From Escherichia coli (GTDB lineage Bacteria; Pseudomonadota; Gammaproteobacteria; Enterobacterales; Enterobacteriaceae), in NCBI RefSeq assembly GCF_013122565.1, contig NZ_CP053258.1: a stretch of 64,000 bases of DNA. The stretch is one strand, 5' to 3'. The position numbers and the translations under genes were made by a program. Below, in pieces: positions 39,019-50,857 of this stretch. Position 1 is the first letter of the stretch, and every line of letters begins with the position of its first letter. The notes below the pieces were generated by a model, which was given only the letters and a program-made list of their open reading frames with translations, was not told where the DNA came from and ran no database searches.

Positions 39019-40668
39019 TTACTGATTTTCCTCAATCAACAACGCTTCAAGCAAATCGAGATCGTGCAGTAATTTTTGCAGCGTTTCGTTGCTGATCTCC
39101 CGCGTGGCGCGCAGGTGGTACAGTTCAGCACGTTCAGAACGCAATGCCGTCAGACGGAAGCGACGCTCAAGGTTCTCTTCCTGCACGGAACTTTCAACGT
39201 CGTTACGTCCATCGGCGCGACGACGCAGGTTACCAATGACGCGAGAACTGACCTCCGTAAGCAGCTGGTTATCGATATTCTCTTCGGTATCCGCCGCCAG
39301 ACGCTCCTCCATTTTCTGGATCGCCACAATCGCCACTTCTGCCGTTGCCGCTCGCGCAATACGTTCCTCTTTCAATTGTTGCGAATGGTCCGCGACTTCA
39401 ATGTGTTGTAGCAGAATAGGCAACATCACCACGCCGACAAACAGCGAGAAGAGAATGACGCCAGCCGCCAGGAACACCAGCTCATAGCGCGCCGGGAAGA
39501 CGTTACCATCCGGCAAGAGCAGCGGGATTGAGAGCACACCGGCCAGAGTGATCGCCCCACGCACCCCGGCGAAAGACGCGATCAGGATTTCTCGTGTGGT
39601 CCACGAACCAAACTCCATCGGCTTCTTCTTCAGGAAGCGGTTGCTGAACTTTTTCATCGTCCACAGCCAGCCGAAACGGACCAGCATCAGCGCCGCATAT
39701 ATCAGAATAATATCGGTAAACAGCATCCAGATTTCGACGTTAGGGTCGATTTCTGCCGCCATCAGCGACGTCTCCAGAATACCCGGTAACTGCAGACCTA
39801 ACAGCAGGAACACCATGCCGTTAAAGACAAATTCCAGCATCGCCCAGGTGCTGTTTGCACGCAGGCGCATTGCCAGCGGCGCACGGCGCATAACACCGGA
39901 GCGGGTGATGGTCATCCCGGCGGCAACCGCAGCGAGGATGCCGGAAACGCCAATATGTTCCGCAATCAGATAAGAAGCGAATGGCAGCAGGAACAGCAGG
40001 ACGATCTGCGTCGCGGGTTCATCACCGCCCCAGCGGCTGAGGAATCGCAGCGAGCGACCGTACAGCCAGCTCACCACAAAACCGGCGAGAATACCGCCAA
40101 TGGCTACTTTCATAAATTCGACCGTCGCACCGCCAACGGTGAAGATCATCGTCCCCATCGCCACTGCTACGGCAAACTTCAACGACACCAGGCCGGAGGC
40201 GTCATTCATCAACGCTTCGCCCTGCAAAATGCCCATGATTTTTTTCGGGATGCGCCCTTCGCCAACAATCCCGGAGAGCGCCACAGCATCGGTCGGAGAA
40301 AGCACCGCCGCCAGCGCAAAGGCGGGGATCAGCGGAATGCCCGGCACCACCCAGTAAATAAGGAAGCCAATACCGACCACGGTGACCACCACCAGCGCCA
40401 GCGCGAGGCCGAAAATCTCTCGACCATGTTCGAGAAATTCACGGGTCGGCGTTTTCCAGCCATCAGCGAACAGCAACGGCGGGATAAACAAGACTAAAAA
40501 GAGTTCAGGATCAAACTCCACATGCAAACCAAACGTCGGCCACGCCAGTAGCGCACCGATGGCGATTTGCATAAGCGGAAGCGGGATCTGAAAGGGCATG
40601 ACACGAGTGACCACCCCGGACAGCGAGACCACGAGGGTCATTATCAGTATGGTGAAGAAGATTTCCAT
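39019..40668 (-). CDS. yjcE: Na+/H+ exchanger family protein YjcE (CPA1)
   Basis: 549 aa; polytopic N-terminus plus charged cytoplasmic tail. Confidence 0.85.
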   Translation of the reverse strand: MEIFFTILIMTLVVSLSGVVTRVMPFQIPLPLMQIAIGALLAWPTFGLHVEFDPELFLVLFIPPLLFADGWKTPTREFLEHGREIFGLALALVVVTVVGIGFLIYWVVPGIPLIPAFALAAVLSPTDAVALSGIVGEGRIPKKIMGILQGEALMNDASGLVSLKFAVAVAMGTMIFTVGGATVEFMKVAIGGILAGFVVSWLYGRSLRFLSRWGGDEPATQIVLLFLLPFASYLIAEHIGVSGILAAVAAGMTITRSGVMRRAPLAMRLRANSTWAMLEFVFNGMVFLLLGLQLPGILETSLMAAEIDPNVEIWMLFTDIILIYAALMLVRFGWLWTMKKFSNRFLKKKPMEFGSWTTREILIASFAGVRGAITLAGVLSIPLLLPDGNVFPARYELVFLAAGVILFSLFVGVVMLPILLQHIEVADHSQQLKEERIARAATAEVAIVAIQKMEERLAADTEENIDNQLLTEVSSRVIGNLRRRADGRNDVESSVQEENLERRFRLTALRSERAELYHLRATREISNETLQKLLHDLDLLEALLIEENQ

Positions 40669-40819
40669 GCGTTCCCTGTTTGCGATGTTTTTTTATGACC
40701 TGAGAAAGGCGTTATGCCTGAATCCTCATTTTTTCAGAATATCGCAAAAGCTCACACAATGTGCGGAGAAAATAAAAACGGGCAGCCATTGCCACCCGTT
40801 TTCAGAATCATATGAAAGA

Positions 40820-42169
40820 TTAGATAGCCCAGCCACCCGCATAGAAGGTCACCAGCGCCACGGCGATAACGACCGTACCGATGTTCAACTTGCGCCATTC
40901 GCCGGAAACCAGACGACCAATCACCAGAGTCGCGAAGCCGATCATAATGCCTGTTACGATGTTACAGGTCAGCACGATGAATACCGCCGTAACCAGCCCC
41001 GCCATCGCATCAACAAAATCAGCAAAGTCGATTTTCGCCACGTTACTCAGCATTAGCAGGCCAACGTACATCAGCGCCGGAGCCGTTGCGTACCCCGGAA
41101 CGAGGTAAGAGAGCGGAGAGAGGAACAGAATCAGCAGGAACAGCACGCCAACGGTGATAGCCGTCAAACCGGTTTTACCGCCCGCCGCCGTACCCGCCGC
41201 AGACTCGATGTATACCGCTGCCGGAGCTGCACCCACCAGGCCAGAGAAAACGCTGCTCATGGAGTCAGTGGTCAGGGCTTTCCCGCCGTCGATGATCTGC
41301 CCATCTTTATCCAGCAGGTTCGCCTGGCCGGCGACGGCGCGGATAGTTCCGGTGGCATCAAATACTGCCGTCATCACCAGCGCCAGAACGCTTGGCAGGA
41401 CTACAGGATTCAGCGCGCCCATAATGTCCAGGCTGCCAATCAGTGAATTGCCGTTTTCATCGCTCAATGAAGGCATGGCGAAAACGCCGGAGAAATGGAC
41501 GTTAGGATCGAAGATCAAACCGACAATTGAGATACCGATAATGGTCAGCAGAATGCCACCAGGGACTTTCAGTTTTTCCAGGCCGATGATCACCGCCAGA
41601 CCTACCAGTGACATAATCACCGGGAAGGTCGCGAAATCACCCAGCGCAACGGGCAGACCATCAAGCGGGTTTTTAATCACCAGACCGACACCATTAGCAG
41701 CAATGAGCAGCAGGAACAGACCGATACCGATCCCCGTGCCGTGCGCCACACCGTGCGGCAAGTTGCGCAAAATCCAGCTACGGATACCCGTGGCAGAAAT
41801 GACCGTAAATAGCACACCCATCAGGAACACGGCACCCAGTGCGACAGGTACGCTAATATGTTGCCCCAGCACCAGGCTGAATGCGGTAAACGCCGTCAGG
41901 GAGATGGCGCAACCAATCGCCAACGGCAGATTAGCCCACAGACCCATCACGATAGAACCGAGTCCGGCAACCAGACAGGTCGCAACGAAAACTGCCGCAG
42001 GCGGGAAGCCCGCTTTACCCAACATGCCTGGAACGACGATAACCGAGTAGACCATCGCCAGAAACGTTGTTAACCCGGCAACCACTTCCTGACGGACAGT
42101 GCTTCCACGTTGTGAAATTTTAAACCAGGCGTCGAGTGAACCGCCGGTACGCGCTGATGGCGTAGACAT
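40820..42169 (-). CDS. ghxP: Guanine/hypoxanthine permease GhxP (NCS2/AzgA family)
   Basis: 449 aa polytopic transporter. Confidence 0.85.
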
Positions 42170-42589
42170 AAGAGAACATCCCCTGAGAGTTTAATTTGCG
42201 TCAAGATGCGTGGCGGACAATCCCCTGCCAGCGAAACGTTATCTTCCTGCTCCAGGTTTGCGACAATTTGCTGCGTCGCAAAAAAGCAAACGTTTAGCTC
42301 CGCGCATACAAAACGGGTGGTAAAAAAAAGCAAACGATTATCCGGCGATCATAGCGGCTTTTTCAACCGAAGTTTGCTGCTTTTTTCTCTTTTATTGTCT
42401 TGACGATGAAAAACCAGGCAATTGATGCGCAAACGTTATCGTCGATGCGCAAGATTGCAGCGTTATCGAGCCATATACCGTTCAGGATTGCGATAAAAAA
42501 TCGTCTGAGATGACAAAAATATTGCGGCTAAAAAGTATACTTTTACACTGGCGAAGAAACGCCGGTGACATACAATTAAAGCATCAACA

Positions 42590-42727
42590 CCAACCGGAAC
42601 CTCCACCACGTGCTCGAATGAGGTGTGTTGACGTCGGGGGAAACCCTCCTGTGTACCAGCGGGATAGAGAGAAAGACAAAGACCGGAAAACAAACTAAAG
42701 CGCCCTTGTGGCGCTTTAGTTTTGTTC
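42590..42727 (+). ncRNA. ryjA: Candidate small RNA (RyjA-like) ending at a bidirectional terminator; 5' end approximate
   Basis: Plus-strand intrinsic terminator (CTAAAGCGCCC-TTGTG-GGCGCTTTAG then TTTTGTT) at 42695-42727 with no plus-strand CDS upstream; K-12 has ryjA between ghxP and soxR. Confidence 0.3.
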
Positions 42728-43180
42728 ATCTTCCAGTAAGCGTGCGCCGGTACCTTCTTCTCCTAAGCGGTCGCCCGGGTTACGCAACGGGCAATCACTG
42801 CGCGAAAGGCAGCCACAACCAATACATCCGTCCAGTTCGTCACGCAGCGCCACTAAGGTATGAATGCGCCGATCCAACTCTTCTCGCCATTGGGACGAAA
42901 GCTGTTTCCACTCTTTCGCACTTAACGTATGCCCTTCGGGCAACACGCCAAACGCTTCACCAATGGTCGCCAGTGGAATGCCAATACGCTGAGCAATTTT
43001 GATAATTGCGACATATCGCAACACATCACGTTTATATCGTCGCTGATTGCCGCTATTACGGATACTGGTAATCAACCCTTTGCTTTCATAGAAATGCAGC
43101 GCCGATACCGCCACACCGCTGCGTTTCGCCACTTCGCCGGGGGTTAGCAGCGCTTTAATGCGGGGTAATTTCTTTTCCAT
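42716..43180 (-). CDS. soxR: Redox-sensing MerR-family activator SoxR
   Basis: MerR HTH; C-terminal [12 protein letters not shown] [2Fe-2S] motif; 154 aa. Confidence 0.95.
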   Translation of the reverse strand: MEKKLPRIKALLTPGEVAKRSGVAVSALHFYESKGLITSIRNSGNQRRYKRDVLRYVAIIKIAQRIGIPLATIGEAFGVLPEGHTLSAKEWKQLSSQWREELDRRIHTLVALRDELDGCIGCGCLSRSDCPLRNPGDRLGEEGTGARLLEDEQN

Positions 43181-43191
43181 AAATCGCTTTA

Positions 43192-43209
43192 CCTCAAGTT
43201 AACTTGAGG
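43192..43209. promoter_or_regulatory. SoxR operator (perfect 18-bp palindrome) within the soxS promoter
   Basis: CCTCAAGTTAACTTGAGG in the soxR-soxS divergent intergenic region. Confidence 0.85.
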
Positions 43210-43265
43210 AATTATACTCCCCAACAGATGAATTAACGAACTGAACACTGAAAAGAGGCAGATTT

Positions 43266-43589
43266 ATGTCCCATCAGAAAATTATTCAGGATCTTATCGC
43301 ATGGATTGACGAGCATATTGACCAGCCGCTTAACATTGATGTAGTCGCAAAAAAATCAGGCTATTCAAAGTGGTACTTACAGCGGATGTTCCGCACGGTG
43401 ACGCATCAGACGCTTGGCGATTACATTCGTCAACGCCGCCTGTTACTGGCCGCCGTTGAGTTGCGCACCACCGAGCGTCCGATTTTTGATATCGCAATGG
43501 ACCTGGGTTATGTCTCGCAGCAGACCTTCTCCCGCGTTTTCCGTCGGCAGTTTGATCGCACTCCCAGCGATTATCGCCACCGCCTGTAG
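43266..43589 (+). CDS. soxS: AraC-family superoxide-response activator SoxS
   Basis: 107 aa, two HTH motifs. Confidence 0.95.
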   Translation: MSHQKIIQDLIAWIDEHIDQPLNIDVVAKKSGYSKWYLQRMFRTVTHQTLGDYIRQRRLLLAAVELRTTERPIFDIAMDLGYVSQQTFSRVFRRQFDRTPSDYRHRL

Positions 43590-43591
43590 TT

Positions 43592-45178
43592 TTATTGCCC
43601 GCGCGTTAACTCCCGCGCGGGTAATTGCTCCATCCATTGCATAAACACCTGCGGCGGCATCGCCTTCGCAAAGAACCATCCCTGGCAATAGCGCACGCCG
43701 CGTTTGCGCAGCCAGTCAACCTGCTCCTCAGTTTCGACGCCTTCAGCGATCGTTTTTAACCCCAGGCTGTGCGCCAGCTCGATGATATGTTCCGCAATCA
43801 AATGACTGGTTTTATGGGTGGTCAGCGTCTCAACAAACGATTTATCGATTTTCAAAATATCGACATTCAATGATTTAAGGTTATGCAAGTTAGAGTAGCC
43901 AATACCAAAATCATCAATTGCCACTTCGTAACCGGCCTGGCGGAAAGCCAGAATAATCGGCGTCATTTTGTCAACATCAAGAAATGCATGTTCAGTCACT
44001 TCAAATTTAATTTGCTGCGGGCGCACCGCGTATTGCTCTGTTTTCTGATTAGTTCGCGCTATCAACCGTGACGTATGAAAATCGGAGGCCGACAGGTTAA
44101 TAGAAACATAGCGATCGGCATGTGTTGCCAGGTACGCGCCCAGATCGCGGAAGACATTATCAATAACATAATCAGTTACCTGTTCTATCATCCCCTCCTT
44201 TTCTGCCAGCGGAATAAACTCTGCCGGATTCATAACTTGCTCCTGCTCACCAGGCCAACGTAATAACGCTTCAGCACCGATACATTTTTCTGTTTTGATA
44301 TCGATTATTGGCTGGTAATAAAGACAAAGTTGATGTTTTTCGAGGGCGCGTTGCAATTTGCGTTTGGGAGACAAATAGTTTTGTCGAATACGTAGCCAGA
44401 GTAATAGCAGAACAAGACTCCCCAAAATACCGGCGGGTAACGCAAAAATAAGATGATTATAAAAATGGGTTATAAGACGTTGATATGAAGTCGCAACAAT
44501 GGCCGCAATTGGGCGTTTTGTCGAATAAACTGTCGCATATAAATAGCCATTTCGTTGTACGGTTAAATCCTTCAAATGAATCAGCGGAGAAAACGTTGCT
44601 GCCGAGGCCTCGTTGCTTAACGAGAAAAAGGTTTTCGTCACCGTATCATACACACCCCATTGCAATGTCGGGTCATCAGACATCACTTCACTCCAGAAGA
44701 GAGGGTTGATAACCGCCACATAATTTCCCCGCTGCATATAGGTCATTTTATAGCCAGAGAAAAAAGGCGTATCGCGGTAATAATAGATAGAAACGTTAGG
44801 TTCACGCTTATAATCGGCCGGTGCAATCGTATAGCCGTTTACAGGCGCTATCAGCGATGAGCATAAAAAATGGTTATCACGGGCATAGATCAATTCATTA
44901 ATATAAAGATAGCCACGAATAATATTTAACATTCGCTTTTGATGGGCTGGAGAGCAAACTTGCCCCTGATAGCGTTCTGCTGCATCGCTCACTAAATCTG
45001 CCTGGCGAATGACCAGCTCGGATTTATCCAGTGCCAGTTGAGCAAAGGTTCGGAGCTGATTATTCACTTCTGATTTTGCCCAAAGGAAGGCAATCCATAG
45101 CGAAAGAATGATGGGAAAGAGAACTAAAAAGATAATGCCCGGCAACGCCAGTAATTGGTGTCGTGCACGATGACTCAT
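43592..45178 (-). CDS. pdeC: CSS-motif membrane c-di-GMP phosphodiesterase (EAL) PdeC/YjcC
   Basis: N-terminal TM and periplasmic domain; C-terminal EAL domain (EALLRWP); ATG at 45178. Confidence 0.85.
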
Positions 45179-45604
45179 TGCTATCAATTTCCTGCCTGTT
45201 TATACCCGGCCATTGCAAGGTGAAAACCCTGGGCACCGACGTCTTTAGATAAATCTTACGGTATAAATAGCACTTTTTCCTGATTTGAAATTGATACCTT
45301 TTTAATCGTCATCTGGATAAAAATAATTCATTGATATTCAAATTAATTTTCTTCAGGAATGCAGGGCGGCGGGAAGATATGCCCTTAATGCCACAGAAAA
45401 ACCACATAATCTGTACAGCAATAAAAGTCACGACCTAATCTGGCTAACAAACAATCAATTGTGATATAGTTCACAAATTAATGAAACAAACAGAGTGTTT
45501 CATTTTTGTGTTCTGCAAGCCCCGCGATAGCCAGAGTGTACCACGCCTCCCGTGAACAACGCCGCGCTGTCCAGGGCATCGGCTCTTTTCAGAGGAATTG
45601 TTTG

Positions 45605-45886
45605 ATGGCTACCCTCACCACTGGCGTGGTTCTTCTTCGCTGGCAACTTCTTAGTGCCGTAATGATGTTTCTGGCCAGCACACTCAACATCCGTTTTCGT
45701 CGGTCTGATTATGTCGGGCTTGCAGTGATCAGCAGCGGTCTGGGCGTGGTTTCCGCCTGCTGGTTCGCAATGGGGTTGCTTGGCATCACAATGGCGGACA
45801 TCACCGCCATCTGGCACAACATCGAGTCGGTGATGATAGAAGAGATGAATCAGACACCGCCACAGTGGCCAATGATTTTGACCTGA
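45605..45886 (+). CDS. yjcB: Small membrane protein YjcB (93 aa)
   Basis: MATLTTGVVLLRWQLL...; two TM helices. Confidence 0.6.
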   Translation: MATLTTGVVLLRWQLLSAVMMFLASTLNIRFRRSDYVGLAVISSGLGVVSACWFAMGLLGITMADITAIWHNIESVMIEEMNQTPPQWPMILT

Positions 45887-46157
45887 TTTCACTTTCTTGA
45901 CTTTTATCCCTTCACAAGCGGTCGATAAATAGCTTCCTCGGCCGCCCTATCATCACATATCGCATTTTCTTTTAATCAACGCTTGAAGGTGTTGTACGCT
46001 TAGCATCTTCACTATCTTCGCCACCTCCTTGCTGAATTTTATACAAATGAGCAATTTTTGATAGTTCAAAATTTGATTAAGGCTAGGATGAAAACAAATA
46101 AACTGCACTACCTAACGTCCAACGTAATGTTCTCAATAAATTATAAAGGAGAAGATC

Positions 46158-46739
46158 ATGACGATATATAATAATAATATAGGAACTCAAAATACAAAAA
46201 CACTGGAGCAATTTCAGAATGACCTGGTTAAAGCAGATAAAAAATTTGCAAATTCATCAAAATTAAACGCAGTTATTTATAAAAAGATTGATGGCTTTAC
46301 AAATCTTTTGAAAGATCTTATTCATTTCATCACGCATGGGAAAGTCGAGTTTAATTCGCAGCGAGTATCTAAACTCATGGCAGAAGTAACCTCTTTCGAG
46401 TCCAATATTGATGGAACCCCCAAAGATATAAATTTTATTTCTCAAAATGATTATTTACGCCAAACTGTATCCATCAGACAAGATGGGCTAGGCACAAAAA
46501 TAATATTCAGTGTAGAGGAAACCCATTTTAATATAGACCATGGCGTTTTTTTACACGGAAAAAAATGGAGTGAAACAAGATCGCTTCCTGAAGAATTAAA
46601 TATGGCTATTGTTGTTGAAAACCTTAGAAAATTGACCACACAGTTAAACAAAGCCGAGCGACACGAAGTAGAAAGAGAGTATAAAGAATATAAACTGGTA
46701 CAAAGTGCAAAACTGAATATTTTGTATAACCCGGAATAA
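46158..46739 (+). CDS. Hypothetical protein (193 aa), AT-rich orphan
   Basis: Clean ORF with RBS AAAGGAGAAG about 6 bp upstream of the ATG; no recognisable motif; AT-rich by eye. Confidence 0.5.
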   Translation: MTIYNNNIGTQNTKTLEQFQNDLVKADKKFANSSKLNAVIYKKIDGFTNLLKDLIHFITHGKVEFNSQRVSKLMAEVTSFESNIDGTPKDINFISQNDYLRQTVSIRQDGLGTKIIFSVEETHFNIDHGVFLHGKKWSETRSLPEELNMAIVVENLRKLTTQLNKAERHEVEREYKEYKLVQSAKLNILYNPE

Positions 46740-46850
46740 TAAAATAATGAGAGGAACAATCCTTGACTATTTCAGGAGCCGAAATTCATTTTCGACTCCT
46801 GTACGCATATGTTTCGCGTTAAAAGATCTCAATACAAAAGATGCATATCC

Positions 46851-47387
46851 TTAGAACGGAATGTCGTCATCAAAGTCCATCGGCGGCTCGTTAGACGGCG
46901 CTGCCGGAGCGGACTGCTGCGGGCGAGACTGCGCGCCGCCGCTGAACTGATTGCCACCCTGCGGCTGCTGAGGCTGACCCCAACCGCCCTGCGGCTGACC
47001 ACCACCGATATTGCCACCTGCCGGAGCGCCACCACCCTGACGACCACCCAGCATCTGCATGGTGCCGCCAACGTTCACCACGACTTCTGTGGTGTAGCGA
47101 TCCTGACCGGATTGATCGGTCCATTTACGGGTACGCAGCTGACCTTCGATATACACCTGAGAACCTTTACGCAGATATTCGCTGGCTACTTCTGCCAGTT
47201 TGCCGAACAGCACAACGCGGTGCCATTCAGTCTGCTCTTTCATCTCGCCGGTCGCTTTATCACGCCAGGATTCGGAAGTAGCCAGCGTAATGTTGGCAAC
47301 AGCGCCACCATTTGGCATGTAGCGTACTTCCGGGTCCTGACCCAGATTACCAACGAGAATAACCTTGTTTACGCCTCTGCTGGCCAT
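46851..47387 (-). CDS. ssb: Single-stranded DNA-binding protein
   Basis: [28 protein letters not shown]...; Gly/Gln-rich tail ending DFDDDIPF; 178 aa. Confidence 0.95.
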   Translation of the reverse strand: MASRGVNKVILVGNLGQDPEVRYMPNGGAVANITLATSESWRDKATGEMKEQTEWHRVVLFGKLAEVASEYLRKGSQVYIEGQLRTRKWTDQSGQDRYTTEVVVNVGGTMQMLGGRQGGGAPAGGNIGGGQPQGGWGQPQQPQGGNQFSGGAQSRPQQSAPAAPSNEPPMDFDDDIPF

Positions 47388-47537
47388 GTTCGTGTCTCCT
47401 GAAAAAAATCGTTCTGAATAAGTGTAAACGCGCGATTGTACCATTACCAATAGCGCTTTTACTATGTTGTGACCTCGGTTCCGGGAAACAAACCTGGCCA
47501 GACATTGTTACACAACACTCCGGGTAATGCATTCCAA

Positions 47538-47557
47538 TACTGTATATTCATTCAGGT
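47538..47557. promoter_or_regulatory. LexA (SOS) box in the ssb-uvrA divergent region
   Basis: TACTGTATATTCATTCAGGT, CTG-N10-CAG. Confidence 0.8.
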
Positions 47558-47640
47558 CAATTTGTGTCATAATTAACCGTTTGTGATCGCCGGTAGCACC
47601 ATGCCACCGGGCAAAAAAGCGTTTAATCCGGGAAAGGTGA

Positions 47641-50463
47641 ATGGATAAGATCGAAGTTCGGGGCGCCCGCACCCATAATCTCAAAAACATCAACCTCGTT
47701 ATCCCCCGCGACAAGCTCATTGTCGTGACCGGGCTTTCGGGTTCTGGCAAATCCTCGCTCGCTTTCGACACCTTATATGCCGAAGGGCAGCGCCGTTACG
47801 TTGAATCCCTTTCCGCCTACGCGCGGCAGTTTCTGTCACTGATGGAAAAGCCGGACGTCGATCATATTGAGGGGCTTTCTCCTGCCATCTCAATTGAGCA
47901 GAAATCGACGTCTCATAACCCGCGTTCTACGGTGGGGACAATCACCGAAATCCACGACTATTTGCGTTTGTTGTTCGCCCGCGTTGGCGAGCCGCGCTGT
48001 CCGGACCACGACGTCCCGCTGGCGGCGCAAACCGTCAGCCAGATGGTGGATAACGTGCTGTCGCAGCCGGAAGGCAAGCGTCTGATGCTACTCGCGCCAA
48101 TCATTAAAGAGCGCAAAGGCGAACACACCAAAACGCTGGAGAACCTGGCAAGCCAGGGCTACATCCGTGCTCGTATTGATGGCGAAGTCTGCGATCTTTC
48201 CGATCCGCCAAAACTGGAACTGCAAAAGAAACATACCATTGAAGTGGTGGTTGATCGCTTCAAGGTGCGTGACGATCTTACCCAACGTCTTGCCGAGTCA
48301 TTTGAAACCGCGCTGGAGCTTTCCGGTGGTACCGCGGTAGTTGCGGATATGGACGACCCGAAAGCGGAAGAGCTGCTGTTCTCCGCCAACTTCGCCTGCC
48401 CAATTTGCGGCTACAGTATGCGTGAACTGGAGCCGCGACTGTTTTCATTTAACAACCCGGCAGGTGCCTGCCCGACCTGTGACGGCCTTGGCGTACAGCA
48501 ATATTTCGATCCTGACCGCGTGATCCAGAATCCGGAATTGTCGCTGGCAGGTGGTGCGATCCGTGGCTGGGATCGCCGCAACTTCTATTATTTCCAGATG
48601 CTGAAATCGCTGGCAGATCACTATAAGTTCGACGTCGAAGCGCCGTGGGGCAGCCTGAGCGCGAATGTGCATAAAGTGGTGTTGTACGGTTCTGGCAAAG
48701 AAAACATTGAATTCAAATACATGAACGATCGTGGCGATACCTCCATTCGTCGTCATCCGTTCGAAGGCGTGCTGCATAATATGGAGCGCCGCTATAAAGA
48801 GACGGAATCCAGCGCGGTACGCGAAGAATTAGCCAAGTTTATCAGTAATCGTCCGTGCACCAGCTGCGAAGGGACGCGTCTGCGTCGGGAAGCGCGCCAC
48901 GTGTATGTCGAGAATACGCCGCTGCCCGCTATCTCCGACATGAGCATTGGTCATGCGATGGAATTCTTCAACAATCTCAAACTCGCAGGTCAGCGGGCGA
49001 AGATTGCGGAAAAAATCCTTAAAGAGATCGGCGATCGTCTGAAATTCCTCGTTAACGTCGGCCTGAATTACCTGACACTTTCCCGCTCGGCAGAAACGCT
49101 TTCTGGCGGTGAAGCACAGCGTATCCGTCTGGCGAGCCAGATTGGTGCGGGCCTGGTTGGCGTTATGTATGTACTGGACGAGCCGTCTATCGGCCTGCAC
49201 CAGCGCGATAACGAGCGCCTGTTGGGTACGCTTATCCATCTGCGCGATCTCGGTAATACCGTGATTGTGGTGGAGCACGACGAAGACGCGATTCGCGCCG
49301 CTGACCATGTGATCGACATTGGCCCAGGCGCAGGTGTTCACGGCGGTGAAGTGGTCGCAGAAGGTCCGCTGGAAGCGATTATGGCGGTGCCGGAGTCGTT
49401 GACCGGACAGTACATGAGCGGTAAACGCAAGATTGAAGTACCGAAGAAACGCGTTCCGGCGAATCCGGAAAAAGTGCTGAAGCTGACAGGCGCACGCGGC
49501 AACAACCTGAAGGACGTGACGCTGACGCTGCCAGTCGGTCTGTTTACCTGCATCACCGGGGTTTCAGGTTCCGGTAAATCGACGCTGATTAACGACACGC
49601 TGTTCCCTATTGCCCAACGCCAGTTGAATGGTGCGACCATCGCCGAACCGGCACCGTATCGCGATATTCAGGGACTGGAGCATTTCGACAAAGTGATCGA
49701 TATCGACCAAAGCCCAATTGGTCGTACTCCGCGTTCTAACCCGGCGACCTATACCGGCGTGTTTACACCTGTGCGCGAACTGTTTGCGGGCGTACCGGAA
49801 TCCCGTGCGCGTGGTTATACGCCAGGACGTTTCAGCTTTAACGTCCGTGGCGGACGCTGCGAAGCCTGTCAGGGCGACGGTGTGATCAAAGTGGAGATGC
49901 ACTTCCTGCCGGACATTTACGTACCGTGCGACCAGTGTAAAGGTAAACGCTATAACCGTGAAACGCTGGAAATTAAGTACAAAGGCAAAACCATCCACGA
50001 AGTGCTGGATATGACCATCGAAGAGGCGCGTGAGTTCTTTGATGCCGTACCTGCACTGGCGCGTAAGCTGCAAACGTTGATGGACGTTGGCCTGACGTAC
50101 ATTCGCCTGGGGCAGTCCGCAACCACCCTTTCTGGTGGTGAAGCCCAGCGCGTGAAGCTGGCGCGTGAGCTGTCAAAACGCGGCACCGGGCAGACACTGT
50201 ATATTCTCGACGAGCCGACCACCGGTTTGCACTTCGCCGATATTCAGCAACTGCTCGACGTGCTGCATAAACTGCGCGATCAGGGCAATACCATTGTGGT
50301 AATTGAGCACAATCTCGACGTGATTAAAACCGCTGACTGGATTGTCGACCTGGGACCGGAAGGCGGCAGTGGCGGCGGCGAGATCCTCGTCTCCGGTACG
50401 CCAGAAACCGTCGCGGAGTGCGAAGCTTCGCATACGGCGCGCTTCCTCAAGCCGATGCTGTAA
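47641..50463 (+). CDS. uvrA: Excinuclease ABC subunit A
   Basis: 940 aa; two ABC ATPase modules; zinc-finger Cys motifs. Confidence 0.95.
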   Translation: MDKIEVRGARTHNLKNINLVIPRDKLIVVTGLSGSGKSSLAFDTLYAEGQRRYVESLSAYARQFLSLMEKPDVDHIEGLSPAISIEQKSTSHNPRSTVGTITEIHDYLRLLFARVGEPRCPDHDVPLAAQTVSQMVDNVLSQPEGKRLMLLAPIIKERKGEHTKTLENLASQGYIRARIDGEVCDLSDPPKLELQKKHTIEVVVDRFKVRDDLTQRLAESFETALELSGGTAVVADMDDPKAEELLFSANFACPICGYSMRELEPRLFSFNNPAGACPTCDGLGVQQYFDPDRVIQNPELSLAGGAIRGWDRRNFYYFQMLKSLADHYKFDVEAPWGSLSANVHKVVLYGSGKENIEFKYMNDRGDTSIRRHPFEGVLHNMERRYKETESSAVREELAKFISNRPCTSCEGTRLRREARHVYVENTPLPAISDMSIGHAMEFFNNLKLAGQRAKIAEKILKEIGDRLKFLVNVGLNYLTLSRSAETLSGGEAQRIRLASQIGAGLVGVMYVLDEPSIGLHQRDNERLLGTLIHLRDLGNTVIVVEHDEDAIRAADHVIDIGPGAGVHGGEVVAEGPLEAIMAVPESLTGQYMSGKRKIEVPKKRVPANPEKVLKLTGARGNNLKDVTLTLPVGLFTCITGVSGSGKSTLINDTLFPIAQRQLNGATIAEPAPYRDIQGLEHFDKVIDIDQSPIGRTPRSNPATYTGVFTPVRELFAGVPESRARGYTPGRFSFNVRGGRCEACQGDGVIKVEMHFLPDIYVPCDQCKGKRYNRETLEIKYKGKTIHEVLDMTIEEAREFFDAVPALARKLQTLMDVGLTYIRLGQSATTLSGGEAQRVKLARELSKRGTGQTLYILDEPTTGLHFADIQQLLDVLHKLRDQGNTIVVIEHNLDVIKTADWIVDLGPEGGSGGGEILVSGTPETVAECEASHTARFLKPML

Positions 50464-50468
50464 TCGTT

Positions 50469-50497
50469 AAGGCCGCTTTCTGAGCGGCCTTTTCCTT
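50469..50497. terminator. Bidirectional terminator between uvrA and yjbR
   Basis: AAGGCCGCT-TTCTG-AGCGGCCTT followed by T-rich sequence. Confidence 0.7.
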
Positions 50498-50854
50498 TCA
50501 GAGTTGCACCAGCAATTTACGTTTTTCTTCCGGTAGCAAATTCACCGCCTGCTGATAAGACGCATCCACCAGATAATAGATTTGCGAATCTGGCAGCGAA
50601 CCGTCGAGATACACGGTGCTCCAGTGCGCTTTATTCAGATGGCGGCTTGGACGCACATCGCTGTGCTGCTGACGTAGCAGCTCCGCCAGCTCCGGGCTGG
50701 TTTTCAGCGAAACAGCTGGGCGATTTTCTACTTCTTTCACCATCGCAAACAGTACATCTTCCACTTTGATCTGCGTCGCTTTCCAGTCGTTATGCACGCT
50801 CTGTTCTGCGCCTGGTTTTGCCATGCAATATTGTAGCAACTCCGAAATGGTCAT
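50498..50854 (-). CDS. yjbR: YjbR (DUF419) protein
   Basis: 118 aa; conserved synteny. Confidence 0.7.
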   Translation of the reverse strand: MTISELLQYCMAKPGAEQSVHNDWKATQIKVEDVLFAMVKEVENRPAVSLKTSPELAELLRQQHSDVRPSRHLNKAHWSTVYLDGSLPDSQIYYLVDASYQQAVNLLPEEKRKLLVQL

Positions 50855-50857
50855 TTT

